The notes below the pieces were generated by a model. It worked only from the letters and a program-made list of their open reading frames with translations, was not told the DNA's origin and searched no databases. Of a stretch of 64,000 bases of DNA, positions 1 through 10,140 are shown piece after piece; positions within the stretch are counted from its first letter, which is position 1; each line of letters begins with the position of its first letter. The translations under genes and the position numbers were made by a program. Location of the stretch: positions 13,306 through 77,305 of the forward strand of contig CAYPFV010000001.1 of the NCBI GenBank assembly GCA_964410015.1, given 5' to 3'. The DNA comes from an uncultured Bacteroidales bacterium (GTDB lineage: Bacteria > Bacteroidota > Bacteroidia > Bacteroidales > UBA7960).

Positions 1-210
1 AAATTTGCCGACTCCTATGAAAATGATCCGGAAAATAATCCTTTGGAATTTAGCAATGAAGAATGGGGATATTCGGCAGGATTTGGAATGGAGGTAATGA
101 GATTTCACTTTAGCTATACTGTCCGTAATGGATTGACCAATGTACTGAATAATATTGACAATGATGTTTATGATACGAATCATATGTTTAGCCTAGGTTA
201 TCGATTTTAG
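1..210 (+). CDS. Outer-membrane beta-barrel protein, C-terminal fragment (5' end outside window)
   Basis: Frame 1 is open from the window edge to TAG at 208-210. The translation ...GFGMEVMRFHFSYTVRNG...HMFSLGYRF has an alternating hydrophobic pattern and a terminal Phe, typical of the last strand of an OM beta-barrel. No family-specific motif recognised. Confidence 0.4.
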   Translation, partial: KFADSYENDPENNPLEFSNEEWGYSAGFGMEVMRFHFSYTVRNGLTNVLNNIDNDVYDTNHMFSLGYRF

Positions 211-305
211 TCCCCATTGTGTATGGGTACCTGATCAATCAAACAACCAGCAGAGTAAGGGTTAAGATCATGAAGCGTAAAGGGTAAGTAAACAAGTGTA
301 GATTT

Positions 306-1220
306 TCAAATGCCCGCCTTTTCATGATAATACCGGGCTTTTTTCTTATCGTCATACCGTAAATAAATATTACCAATAAATCTGGCATATTTAGGATCAG
401 GGTCCATTTCATATAGTTTAAGGTAATAGTTCAAGGACTTTCTGAAATCTGTATTCAAAATCTCAAAAGCATCGAGCAACTGCCGGTATTGTTTTGTTGT
501 GCGATTTTTTTCGTACGCTTTCATTTCTTTCTGATATCGATGTTCAGCCTTCCAGAAATAGTGGTCTGCCATATATTCCATTGCTTCCCTGTGTTCAGGG
601 TTTTCATTTAATATATCTTTGGCAGTTTTTCGGGCATCTTTTTCCCTGTCAAGCTTTTTATTAATGACAAAATAATGATTGAGCATTGATTCACTTTCTC
701 TTGTTCCGGAAGGCAATTCTTCCCATAAAACCAATGCCTTTGAATAATTTTTACTCTCTACATAGGTTTCTAAAAGTCGGGGCTTTAATTCATCAATATG
801 CTTACCCTCAGGATAATTGTTTACATAATTCTCAAGGGCACTAATCTCAAGCGAGAGGTTATCGATTTCTTGATTGATTATAGCCAGGGCATAATATACA
901 TCTCTGGTTGCATGCTCGGTATTTCTGAGGTCCATAAGATAATCCGCAGCCAAATCATTGTTTCCTGTGTTAAATGCCGATAAACCAGCTTTTCGTTTAA
1001 TATCAGGTTCCGGCAATTCATCTTTTGCTTTTTGTATGTCTATAATCTTTTCATATTGCTGCAAAGCGATCTCGTATTCTTGTTGTTCGAAAGCGGTATC
1101 TGCTTCTGTTTTCCATTCAACAATCTGACGGTTAGCCCTACAGGATCCTAAAAAAAGGATAAGAAAAAGTATTATTATGTTGAGGTGGAACTGTGATAAA
1201 TATACTCTTCGGAATAACAT
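306..1220 (-). CDS. TPR-like helical-repeat lipoprotein, function unknown
   Basis: 304-aa ORF. The hydrophobic N-terminus ends in a lipobox-like LGSC. The body has repeated A/Y/L-rich helical units (AFEQQEYEIALQQYEKII, YSKALVLWEEL, KKARYYHEKAG). Confidence 0.55.
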   Translation of the reverse strand: MLFRRVYLSQFHLNIIILFLILFLGSCRANRQIVEWKTEADTAFEQQEYEIALQQYEKIIDIQKAKDELPEPDIKRKAGLSAFNTGNNDLAADYLMDLRNTEHATRDVYYALAIINQEIDNLSLEISALENYVNNYPEGKHIDELKPRLLETYVESKNYSKALVLWEELPSGTRESESMLNHYFVINKKLDREKDARKTAKDILNENPEHREAMEYMADHYFWKAEHRYQKEMKAYEKNRTTKQYRQLLDAFEILNTDFRKSLNYYLKLYEMDPDPKYARFIGNIYLRYDDKKKARYYHEKAGI

Positions 1221-1240
1221 ATCTATTTTATTATTTATAA

Positions 1241-1855
1241 TTATAATTGAAAAAGATTTTTGGCTTTTTGTATTTCTTTCATTTGGATCGTATGAAGTCT
1301 GCCGGGAAAGATATCTTTCACCAGTTTAGCACCCATACTCTTGATGATCTCTGCTGTTCTCTCTGTTCTCTCTGCAGGAATATAAGCATCGCTGTCTCCA
1401 TTGCTCACATAAACAGGTGTTTCAGAAAAATCACCCTTATAACGGCGCTCATCAACAACTTCGCCAATCAATCCTCCGGTGAAAATCCCAATACCCGCAT
1501 AACGCCTTGCATTTCGGGCAGTAATTTCAGATGTCAGACATGCACCTTGCGAAAAACCCATGATAAATATTTTGTCAAAGGGAACTTTTTTGGCAATGGT
1601 TTCAATCAACTGCGTAATATTGGTAATGGCGCTGTCAAGCCAGGGTTGATTATAGGATTCGGGGGCAAGAAAACTGTATGGATACCAGATATAATGCTGT
1701 GCTTCAGGGGCTACAATGTAAGTTTTATCTTTTGCAAAAAAATCCGCCAAAGATAAAATATCTTCCGGAGGCGCTCCACGGCCATGAATAAAAACCATAG
1801 CATTTTCAGCTTTTTCTAAAGGTGTCCCTTTTTCTGTTACTTTATAAGGATGCAT
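1241..1855 (-). CDS. Alpha/beta hydrolase, phospholipase/carboxylesterase family
   Basis: 204 aa. Nucleophile elbow GFSQGA is followed by GDSDAYIP and GRLHTI, in the order expected for a Ser-Asp-His triad of this small esterase family. Confidence 0.75.
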   Translation of the reverse strand: MHPYKVTEKGTPLEKAENAMVFIHGRGAPPEDILSLADFFAKDKTYIVAPEAQHYIWYPYSFLAPESYNQPWLDSAITNITQLIETIAKKVPFDKIFIMGFSQGACLTSEITARNARRYAGIGIFTGGLIGEVVDERRYKGDFSETPVYVSNGDSDAYIPAERTERTAEIIKSMGAKLVKDIFPGRLHTIQMKEIQKAKNLFQL

Positions 1856-1929
1856 TGTTTTTGTTTTATCCGTTAGTCAATTCCCAGGACATAACCTGCA
1901 ACTAAGGCTTTCCATTATTATTTCAGAAT

Positions 1930-3615
1930 TCAGAACCCCATATTAAACCCTAATTCCAGCACTTGCGTCTTACCATGCAGATAGGGGGGTGAAAAAGTAT
2001 CGAGATAATATTGCGCACTTTGTTCATCGGCATCATAACCTTGCACATTGTTGAAAGAATATTTGGCAAATGCGCGCAGATTCGAGAAAAGATACAGGTG
2101 CGTTTCCAGTGTTAAACTGGTTTTATCCCAAATAATATCATCAAGCACAGGCATTTCATCAATACGTGGATTTCTGCGTCTCCGTTCATATTCATAATAG
2201 TTTCCTTTGCGTGCATACATCCAGGAGGCAGCGATCTGCCAGGTTTTGTAAGGATGAATTCGCAGCGTTGCAAAAAATTCCTCTGCATTATCTGTAAGGT
2301 AATGCCCGAGGTTGTAACGGTTTGACTGGAAACTTGTTACTTCTTCGTCGTGAAGATAAGTAATAGGATTGGTGCGTGTATATTCTCCTCCGATGGTCAC
2401 ATTTCTTATGGGCCAATCGGCCAATGAAATTCCACCTTTAAAACCTGTAAAGTTATGCCTTGTAGAGTCTCCTAACCTTCTGATGGAAAATTCATCGATG
2501 AAATAAGAAGCGTACAAATGAAGATTTTTTATTTGTCTGGAAGAAAGATTAATATACATAGCACTATTTTGAAACGTAGTTCCCCAGTTTATAGTATGTA
2601 CTACTGACTTGTAAAAGAAAAACGGTATCAGAAAAGCGGGTTGAACATCTGTATCGCCATATACAATTGAGTTTCCAAAGGAAAGCCTAAACCGTGGAAA
2701 GGGTTTGATGGTATACATATTAGCGGCAATGTATTTTCTCCTTTGAACTGTTCTGGGAGCACCCTCTTCCGGGAAAAAAGAGTTGATACTGTCAACGGCC
2801 TCAGAAACCAACCATCCGTGGAAATAATTAAATTCAATCCATTTTGCCGGGTTCATATGCAATTTTAGTAAAGGAAAAGAGGGTGTTCTTCCTGAAAAAA
2901 TATTACTACCATTTTGGTGATCACCCCATTGAATATGATCTTTTATAAAAGCGAAAGTACCCCATCCCCATTTATAGGTCAAACCGCCCCGCATTTCACT
3001 GAATTCGCCACCTTCACCACCACCTGTAAGTGCTTTGTATGTTCCGCCTGGCTCCTGGGTAAAATAAGCAGGTTGAGCCAGTTTCTGCCCTTTCTGATAG
3101 TTGTCTCTTAAACTTACATACACTCCCCAATTTTTTCCAATATAAGAAACTGCTTCCAATCCTCCGTAAGTTGCCCAGAAATCGCTGTTTCCACCCGAAA
3201 AGTTGCGATAACCGTATACAGGCCTTATCAGCGCAGTGAAAAGAGTGTCACGGTAAGCGATTTCAGGAGGCAAAAGATGCACCGAAAGTGATGAATCCTT
3301 TTGATAAAGCTGCCACCTTCCCTCATTGATACTTCCTGCCTCCATTGCATACTCTTTCAGATAATTATCAACTCTGGCCTGTTGCGACAAAGTGAGTTTT
3401 GCTTCCTGTTGTTTTGCTTCTGATAAAAGACGAGCAATGGTTTTGCGCGGATAGGGTTTGGTAGCGGTGGAAATATCAATAATATGCATCGTGGCCAATT
3501 CATCCAGAAAAGAATACAAAACCTTATCACTCACATGTTGGTAGGCATCCTGTGCTTTTGCTGTGGTAAAGAACAAGAAGAAAACCCCCAGGAAGAAAGA
3601 AACATTTTTGTGCAT
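1930..3615 (-). CDS. Outer-membrane protein, capsule-assembly Wzi-like (tentative)
   Basis: 561 aa. Signal peptide ends TAKAQ. An N-terminal helical segment (LDELATMHIIDI...KPYPRKTIARLL) precedes a long Y/G/F-rich beta-strand region ending LELGFNMGF. The family call is from memory of Bacteroidota Wzi-like proteins. Confidence 0.45.
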   Translation of the reverse strand: MHKNVSFFLGVFFLFFTTAKAQDAYQHVSDKVLYSFLDELATMHIIDISTATKPYPRKTIARLLSEAKQQEAKLTLSQQARVDNYLKEYAMEAGSINEGRWQLYQKDSSLSVHLLPPEIAYRDTLFTALIRPVYGYRNFSGGNSDFWATYGGLEAVSYIGKNWGVYVSLRDNYQKGQKLAQPAYFTQEPGGTYKALTGGGEGGEFSEMRGGLTYKWGWGTFAFIKDHIQWGDHQNGSNIFSGRTPSFPLLKLHMNPAKWIEFNYFHGWLVSEAVDSINSFFPEEGAPRTVQRRKYIAANMYTIKPFPRFRLSFGNSIVYGDTDVQPAFLIPFFFYKSVVHTINWGTTFQNSAMYINLSSRQIKNLHLYASYFIDEFSIRRLGDSTRHNFTGFKGGISLADWPIRNVTIGGEYTRTNPITYLHDEEVTSFQSNRYNLGHYLTDNAEEFFATLRIHPYKTWQIAASWMYARKGNYYEYERRRRNPRIDEMPVLDDIIWDKTSLTLETHLYLFSNLRAFAKYSFNNVQGYDADEQSAQYYLDTFSPPYLHGKTQVLELGFNMGF

Positions 3616-3632
3616 AAAAATGGTTTACAATA

Positions 3633-5789
3633 TTACTGTTTGCGGGTTTCAATAAGAATATTGAGCATTTTGATTCCTGCTTCTGCAATTACAGTTCCGG
3701 GACCAAAGATGCCCACCACACCGGCATCGTAAAGAAACTGATAATCCTGAGCAGGGATAACACCTCCAACAATAACCATAATGTCGTCGCGTCCAAGGTT
3801 TTTTAGTTCTTTGATCACTTGTGGGGCCAGGGTTTTATGACCAGCAGCGAGGCTTGAAACACCCAAAATATGCACATCATTTTCTACTGCCTGCTTGGCT
3901 GCCTCCCGAGGTGTCTGGAAAAGCGGTCCAACATCCACATCAAAACCCATATCGGCATAAGCGGTTGAAACCACCTTTGCTCCTCTGTCGTGGCCGTCCT
4001 GCCCCATTTTTGCAACCATAATGCGGGGTCGGCGGCCTTCCAGCGACGCAAATTCATCTGCTAATTTGCGGGCCTCCATAAATTTTTCATTGTTTTCAAT
4101 TTCCATAGAATATACTCCTGATATTGAACGAATAACGGCCTGGTAACGACCAAATACTTTTTCGCAGGCCATGGAAATCTCTCCCAAAGTAGCCCGTTTG
4201 CGTGCGGCTTCAACTGATAACTCCAGCAAATTACCTTTACCAGTTTTACAGGCTTGGGTAATAGCATCCAATGCTTTTTCTACTGCTGCAGAATCTCTTT
4301 GCGCTTTTAGTTTTTCAATTCTTTTGATTTGCGATTCGCGAACCGCAGTATTATCAACATTCAGAATCTCTATAGGGTCTTCCTTCTGAAGGCGGTATTT
4401 GTTTACTCCCACAATGATATCTTTCCCGGAGTCAATTTTGGCTTGTTTGCGGGCAGCAGCTTCTTCAATACGCATTTTGGGTACACCTGTTTCAATGGCT
4501 TTAGCCATGCCACCCAGTTTTTCAATTTCCTCAATATGCGCCCAGGCTTTATGGGCAATTTCGTGTGTAAGCTTCTCAACATAATAAGATCCTGCCCAGG
4601 GGTCTATGGCTTTTGTAACCTGGGTTTCATCCTGAATATACAACTGAGTATTGCGCGCAATACGAGCCGAAAAATCGGTTGGCAAGGCAATGGCTTCATC
4701 AAGGGCATTGGTATGAAGCGATTGTGTGTGTCCTAGCACTGCTGCCATTGCTTCCACACAGGTTCGGGTTACATTGTTGAAAGGGTCCTGCTCTGTCAAA
4801 CTCCATCCCGAAGTCTGACTATGTGTGCGCAAAGCAAGAGATTTGGGATTTTTAGGATTGAATTTCTTTACAATTTTTGCCCACAGCATTCGGGCAGCAC
4901 GCATCTTGGCAATCTCCATAAAATGATTCATGCCAATAGCCCAGAAAAATGACAAACGGGGAGCAAAAGAATCTATTTCCATACCGGCATCAATTCCTGC
5001 ACGCAAATATTCCATCCCGTCGGCAAGGGTATATGCCAGCTCAATATCGCAGGTAGCACCCGCTTCCTGCATATGGTATCCTGATATGCTGATAGAATTG
5101 AACCGGGGCATCTTTTGAGAGGTATACTCAAAAATATCTGCAATAATTTTCATGGAAGGCAAGGGCGGATATATATAGGTATTGCGAACCATAAACTCTT
5201 TCAGTATGTCGTTTTGTATGGTACCACTAAGTTTTTCCACCGGCACTCCCTGCTCCTCTGCTGCCACAATGTAAAAGGCCATTACGGGCAAAACGGCTCC
5301 GTTCATGGTCATAGAAACCGACATTTTATCAAGGGGTATGTCATCAAAAAGTATCTTCATATCGAGAATAGAATCGATGGCAACGCCTGCTTTTCCCACA
5401 TCTCCTTCAACACGTTCATGATCAGAATCATACCCACGATGTGTAGCAAGGTCAAAGGCAACAGACAGTCCTTTCTGCCCGGCAGCAAGATTTCTCCGGT
5501 AAAAAGCATTCGACTCCTCAGCGGTACTGAAGCCAGCATATTGGCGGATAGTCCAGGGTCGCATTACATACATTGTACTGTAAGGTCCCCTGAGGTAGGG
5601 AGGAATCCCGGCAGCATATTCCAGATGTTCCAGATCATTCATATCATGATCAAGATAAACCCCTTTTACATGAATTTGCTCTGAAGTGCACCAGTCTTTG
5701 CGAATTTGCTTTTCCTTTTCCCATTCAGAAGATGAAATCGTATTTTGAATGTCTTTTTTATAATCAATTTTTGAAAAATCGGGTCTCAT
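3633..5789 (-). CDS. mutB: Methylmalonyl-CoA mutase, large (alpha, B12-binding) subunit
   Basis: 718 aa. Hallmark mutase stretches are present ([33 protein letters not shown]), plus the C-terminal cobalamin-binding DxHxxG motif ([11 protein letters not shown]). Confidence 0.95.
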   Translation of the reverse strand: MRPDFSKIDYKKDIQNTISSSEWEKEKQIRKDWCTSEQIHVKGVYLDHDMNDLEHLEYAAGIPPYLRGPYSTMYVMRPWTIRQYAGFSTAEESNAFYRRNLAAGQKGLSVAFDLATHRGYDSDHERVEGDVGKAGVAIDSILDMKILFDDIPLDKMSVSMTMNGAVLPVMAFYIVAAEEQGVPVEKLSGTIQNDILKEFMVRNTYIYPPLPSMKIIADIFEYTSQKMPRFNSISISGYHMQEAGATCDIELAYTLADGMEYLRAGIDAGMEIDSFAPRLSFFWAIGMNHFMEIAKMRAARMLWAKIVKKFNPKNPKSLALRTHSQTSGWSLTEQDPFNNVTRTCVEAMAAVLGHTQSLHTNALDEAIALPTDFSARIARNTQLYIQDETQVTKAIDPWAGSYYVEKLTHEIAHKAWAHIEEIEKLGGMAKAIETGVPKMRIEEAAARKQAKIDSGKDIIVGVNKYRLQKEDPIEILNVDNTAVRESQIKRIEKLKAQRDSAAVEKALDAITQACKTGKGNLLELSVEAARKRATLGEISMACEKVFGRYQAVIRSISGVYSMEIENNEKFMEARKLADEFASLEGRRPRIMVAKMGQDGHDRGAKVVSTAYADMGFDVDVGPLFQTPREAAKQAVENDVHILGVSSLAAGHKTLAPQVIKELKNLGRDDIMVIVGGVIPAQDYQFLYDAGVVGIFGPGTVIAEAGIKMLNILIETRKQ

Positions 5790-5854
5790 ATGTTTTGATA
5801 TTTGAGATTGTTATGGTTGAAAAATTACAATAAATTTAAAGCATTAAACCTTTT

Positions 5855-7720
5855 TCAAACGATGCCAAAAATTTGGTTGAAATGCTGAAGTGTTTCCAAT
5901 AGATTGGTACGCAAACTTATATAATGCTGAACGCCTGCTTCATTGAGCACTTGCACTGAATCAGCAGGGTTTCCGGCAACCACAATCTGCGTATCGCTAA
6001 GTTTTTCTCTGATTTCTTTTATTGCGGGTATCATATCAGCATATTCCTCATCGCTGCTGCAAAGAACAATGATTTCAGGTTTTGCTTCCAGGGCTTTTTC
6101 AATACCCTCCTGCAGGTTTTTCACCAAAGGTGCTTCCTGTATCTTATATCCGGCGCACCCAAAAAAACCAGTGATAAAAGAAGCACGCGCTTTACGCATG
6201 GTCAGGTTTCCGTGGGTAAATAAATATACCTTGGGTATTTGAAATCCTTTTGAGGCAAAATTCTCTACCGACAATCGCAAAGCTTCAAAAGCCTGAGGTC
6301 CTCTCCATAGGTGAATTCCACTCAAATCTTTAAATTTCGCAACAGGTTTTAATTTTTCAAGTTTAGTCTCCTGAAGATTAGGATACTGATTAACACCTAC
6401 AAAAATCTGGCGCCGTGTAGCGATGTTTTTTTCACGTTTCTGGCAGGTTTTGGCTATCTCTTCTTTTATAAAACCCGATTCAACCGCTTTGATAAATCCA
6501 CCTTTATTTTCAATTTTCACAAACATTTGCCATGCTTCCGATGCAAGATCGTCGGTAATCTTTTCAATGTAATAGGATCCTCCGGCAGGATCGGCAACCT
6601 TATTCATGTAAGACTCATACTTGAGTATAGTTTGCTGGTTGCGGGCCATCCGGTTTGAAAATTGATCAGGTTTTTGGTATGTGCTGTCGAAAGGAGCAAT
6701 ACTGATGGTATCTGCACCAGCCAATCCTGCTGCCATAGTTTCAGTAGTTGTTCTCAAAAGGTTTACATGTGGATCGTAAACAGATTTGTTCCATTCTGAA
6801 CTGGTAGCATGAATGTTTATTTTCATTGAATCTGGTAATGCAGGATCGTATTGCTTTACTATTTGAGCCCATAAGAGTTTCATGGCACGAAACTTGGCAA
6901 TTTCTTTGAAAAATTCTGACCCCGTAGCCATGGTAAATTGCATCCGCGGGGCAATATCATCTACTTTCAATCCTTTGTCAGTTAAACGTGCAAGGTAATC
7001 ATTGGCATGAGAGAGCGTAAAAGCCATTTCCTGCACTGCATGGGCACCGGCATTATGATAATGTTGACCGTTGACCTGCAAAACATCAAAATCAGGCAAA
7101 TCGCGCATGGCCAGTTCCAGAATCTTTACTGCTTCTTCTAAATCTTTTTCCTGTGAATGATAAAACTTATTGTAAAGTAAAAAATAAGCCAATGGATCAA
7201 AATCCATCGAGCCTTTTATATTTTGTATATCAAAACCTGATTTCTTAATATAATCGACGGCTACATAAAAAAAAGCAGGGTAGTTGCGTGAATGTAAAAA
7301 GTGCAGCGCAACCTTATTGAGATCAATATTTTTCAGAAGCTGCGCTACATCCTCATAAGTTTCTACTTCAGAAACATCAAAACCTATCGCCTGTGCTCCC
7401 TTTTGCAGAGCATCCCAGGCAATGGCAGCAGATTTTTCCGGATTTTGCTCTGCTATATCCTGCCGCACAATCCAGTCATTTGTGTTGTATTTTTTCCCTC
7501 TCAGGTAAGGAAATTCGCCGGGAGGTATTTGCACCCAACTCAGGTCTTTCAAATCTTCGCTTCGATAGTACGGTTTTATTTTAATCCCCTCAAGGGTTTG
7601 CCAGATCAGTTTCTTTTCGTAATCAGCCCCCTTAAGGTCTTCGCGGATTTTATCTTCCCACTGTTTGGTGGAAACCGGAGGAAACTCTTCAAATAAACTA
7701 TTTTTTTTGTCCGTACTCAT
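5855..7720 (-). CDS. mutA: Methylmalonyl-CoA mutase, small (beta) subunit
   Basis: 621 aa, directly upstream of mutB on the same strand. It shows mutase-fold similarity (AGGSYYIEK, FRAMKLLWAQIV) but lacks a DxHxxG motif, as expected for the non-catalytic subunit. Confidence 0.85.
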   Translation of the reverse strand: MSTDKKNSLFEEFPPVSTKQWEDKIREDLKGADYEKKLIWQTLEGIKIKPYYRSEDLKDLSWVQIPPGEFPYLRGKKYNTNDWIVRQDIAEQNPEKSAAIAWDALQKGAQAIGFDVSEVETYEDVAQLLKNIDLNKVALHFLHSRNYPAFFYVAVDYIKKSGFDIQNIKGSMDFDPLAYFLLYNKFYHSQEKDLEEAVKILELAMRDLPDFDVLQVNGQHYHNAGAHAVQEMAFTLSHANDYLARLTDKGLKVDDIAPRMQFTMATGSEFFKEIAKFRAMKLLWAQIVKQYDPALPDSMKINIHATSSEWNKSVYDPHVNLLRTTTETMAAGLAGADTISIAPFDSTYQKPDQFSNRMARNQQTILKYESYMNKVADPAGGSYYIEKITDDLASEAWQMFVKIENKGGFIKAVESGFIKEEIAKTCQKREKNIATRRQIFVGVNQYPNLQETKLEKLKPVAKFKDLSGIHLWRGPQAFEALRLSVENFASKGFQIPKVYLFTHGNLTMRKARASFITGFFGCAGYKIQEAPLVKNLQEGIEKALEAKPEIIVLCSSDEEYADMIPAIKEIREKLSDTQIVVAGNPADSVQVLNEAGVQHYISLRTNLLETLQHFNQIFGIV

Positions 7721-7817
7721 AGTGGAATTTTTATGTCTGTTGATGAAAAATATGTTTCGATATTTTTTAAAATCTGAAAAGCTCTGCAGTTTTACATTAC
7801 TGCCCTAAAATAATGTT

Positions 7818-7825
7818 CAAAATTA
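7818..7825 (-). promoter_or_regulatory. Candidate Bacteroidota -7 promoter motif (TAATTTTG) for mutA-mutB
   Basis: The reverse complement of caaaatta matches TAnnTTTG, about 95 nt upstream of the mutA ATG. The motif is short and the DNA is AT-rich, so a chance match is plausible. Confidence 0.25.
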
Positions 7826-8019
7826 CAATAAAAACAGGAACCGGTGATGCAATCATAAAGGAAAAAACAAACCATTAAAAGCGCCTAACAAAATGAGTTA
7901 TTCCGGATAACTGACTACAATGATAAAAATCACTATTGAAAGTTTACAATACAATGATTTTCTCTTGCGCGCATAAAGTTGCTTAACCAGATTTAGACAA
8001 GTCCTTTGTCAGGAGGATT

Positions 8020-8712
8020 CTAATAAGCCATGGCAATAGTTGCTACCCATACCTTTGTGCCTTTTATGCTCAAGATTTTTTCACAGCAAGCCTCCAGGGT
8101 TGATCCGGTTGTTACCACATCGTCAACGATCAACACATTTTTTCCACGGAATTCGGCAGGATTGCGAATAGCAAATACGGTTCTTACGTTTTCCCATCGT
8201 TTAAATCGTGTTTTACGGGTTTGGGTTTGTGTATGAAAAATTCTTATCAAATTATTTTTTAACACAGGCTTTCCAAAAGTATCTGATAAACCGGTGGCAA
8301 ATATCTCACTTTGATTGAATCCGCGCTGCTGTAATTTTTTTTTATGAAGAGGTACAGGTACAATCAAATCTACCGGTTGCCACAAAGGACTTACTTTTAA
8401 AGATGAACCAAGCATATTACCAAGATAAATTCCAATATCCTTTTTCCCTTTATATTTAAACTTATGGATCAGATTCTGAACCATACTTCCTTTTTGAAAA
8501 TATAGGAGAGATGTTGCCGTTTCAATATTGACCCTACCCCAGAAAATATGGGTCAGCTGGTTCTCACGCTCCAGATGAAAAAGGGTTTTGGGCAATTGAT
8601 ATTTACAAAAAGAACAAATACATTGCTCTTCTTTTATAAGCCCTTTATTACAGGCATTACATAACCTCGGGTAAAATAAAGAAAAAAAATCACTAAGATA
8701 AGGATGGATCAA
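8020..8712 (-). CDS. comF: ComF-family protein (phosphoribosyltransferase domain)
   Basis: 230 aa. An N-terminal four-Cys cluster (CNAC...CSFC) and a C-terminal PRTase motif (VLIVDDVVTTGSTL) match ComF/GntX architecture. Confidence 0.8.
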   Translation of the reverse strand: MIHPYLSDFFSLFYPRLCNACNKGLIKEEQCICSFCKYQLPKTLFHLERENQLTHIFWGRVNIETATSLLYFQKGSMVQNLIHKFKYKGKKDIGIYLGNMLGSSLKVSPLWQPVDLIVPVPLHKKKLQQRGFNQSEIFATGLSDTFGKPVLKNNLIRIFHTQTQTRKTRFKRWENVRTVFAIRNPAEFRGKNVLIVDDVVTTGSTLEACCEKILSIKGTKVWVATIAMAY

Positions 8713-9136
8713 AACCTACTGATATTTTATAGTTTAGCAACAGTATTCATAAAAATAATAATAAATTTGCAAACCTGTAAATCAAAAGTTTTACAGCACT
8801 TCTCATGTTGGTAATAAACCTAATGGTTGTTTACGCTATTGAAATGATTAATAATGCGTTGCAAGGCTTTCGGTGCGTGATGAATAAAAAATCTGTCAAA
8901 GCTTTATATTTTATAAAACGATGTCTAAAAGATGAGCATAAGTCATGAAATGCAATATTTTTGTTAGAAATACAATGAAATGAATTGTGGAAAGTAAAGA
9001 AAAGAACGATTAAAACAAGCAAAAGAGGATAGATTAAGTAACCCCAGTGTTATTTTCTCGTATTACTATAGTAGTTTATCCTTTTTGTTCAACTAAAAAA
9101 ACCAATAACTTACTTAAAATTTAACTATTAAATTCG

Positions 9137-10081
9137 ATGGAAGGATCAAAAACAAACCAAAGCAAACCTTCAAATCCTGCGAAAAATAACCCGAAGACAA
9201 CAAGCAATGAAAGCATTTACAAAGGAACTATTATTGTTTTGGTGGTCATAGTTGCTGTATTAACATTCATGCTGATTACCAGCAGGCAATCACTTAAAGA
9301 AGTTTCTACGGAAAAAACAATTGTGGATGAACTCAATTCCGAACTCAATGAAGAACTCAACAGTGTTTTGGCAGAATATAATCAATTTAAAAACCAATAT
9401 GACAGCGTACTGGTAAAACAAGACAGCATTATCCAGGCCAATGCAGAGGAAATCCAAAGGTTGATCAATCAACAAAGCGATTACCGGCGTGTGCGACGAC
9501 AGTTAGATGCACTCAGACAAATAACGCAAAACTATGTACACGAAATGGATAGCCTTTACAAGGAAAATGAAGTGCTCAGAGCTGAAAATGTAGAAATGGA
9601 ACAAGAGATCAGAAAAATATCGCGCGAAAGTTCTCAATTGGCAGAAACTAAAGAAAATCTGGAAGGACAAGTTGAAGTAGCTTCTGCTCTGAGAGCTTTT
9701 GAAATAGAGGCAAATGCTTATAGAATACGCGGAAGAGGCAGGGAAATAATTACAAACAGAGCCAGAAGAACTAACAAAATTGAAATTTGCTTTACTATAG
9801 CCGCCAATCCTTTAGCTGAACCCGGAAATAAAACCATTTATGCACGAATTGCAGACCCCGAAGGCAATATTATGAGAGTAAGTGATTCGGAGGCGTATTC
9901 TTTTACTTTCAATGAAGATACATTGCAATTTTCTATGAAAGATGAATTTAATTACCAGCGAACCGACACCAGTTTGTGCTTGGATTGGATCCAGAACATT
10001 GATTATCAAAAAGGTATTTATTTAATTTCTCTCTATACAGATCAGTTCAGACTGGGAGAAGCTTCGCTGATGCTTGAATAA
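9137..10081 (+). CDS. Bitopic membrane protein: polar N-tail, one TM helix, long coiled coil, about 115-aa beta-rich C-terminal domain (unknown function), paralog 1
   Basis: 314 aa. TM segment is TIIVLVVIVAVLTFMLI. About 145 aa are heptad-rich with many E/Q/L/N residues. The C-terminal block (KIEICFTIAANPLAEPGNKTIYARIADPEGNIM...) is clearly homologous to the next gene. Confidence 0.7.
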   Translation: MEGSKTNQSKPSNPAKNNPKTTSNESIYKGTIIVLVVIVAVLTFMLITSRQSLKEVSTEKTIVDELNSELNEELNSVLAEYNQFKNQYDSVLVKQDSIIQANAEEIQRLINQQSDYRRVRRQLDALRQITQNYVHEMDSLYKENEVLRAENVEMEQEIRKISRESSQLAETKENLEGQVEVASALRAFEIEANAYRIRGRGREIITNRARRTNKIEICFTIAANPLAEPGNKTIYARIADPEGNIMRVSDSEAYSFTFNEDTLQFSMKDEFNYQRTDTSLCLDWIQNIDYQKGIYLISLYTDQFRLGEASLMLE

Positions 10082-10140
10082 CAGCTGTTTGGTTTTCAAC
10101 AGCTTTTTTTGTAATTTTTATCACATTTAAATCACAGAAT

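Noticed and set aside
5115-5684. 189-aa plus-strand ORF, and many similar ones (for example 1247-1756, 4329-4736, 7301-7696, 12080-12439, 13022-13354, 41827-42228, 42235-42705, 51638-52195), lying antisense inside well-supported genes
   Set aside because: Each is fully contained in a gene with strong family motifs on the opposite strand (mutB, esterase, mutA, pheT, the glycosidase-like lipoprotein, prs). Their translations are low-complexity or Cys/Phe/Ile-rich with no recognisable motif. These are typical shadow ORFs in AT-rich DNA.
7721-8019. Possible cobalamin riboswitch upstream of the B12-dependent mutase operon
   Set aside because: I read both strands and found no B12-box-like conserved core and no extended G/C-rich helices. 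The spacer is plain AT-rich DNA with only a promoter-like motif.
8831-9022. 63-aa minus-strand ORF in the comF / coiled-coil-gene spacer
   Set aside because: It has no ribosome-binding or promoter context, the sequence is hydrophobic and His/Phe/Ile-rich junk, and it sits in a divergent promoter region.
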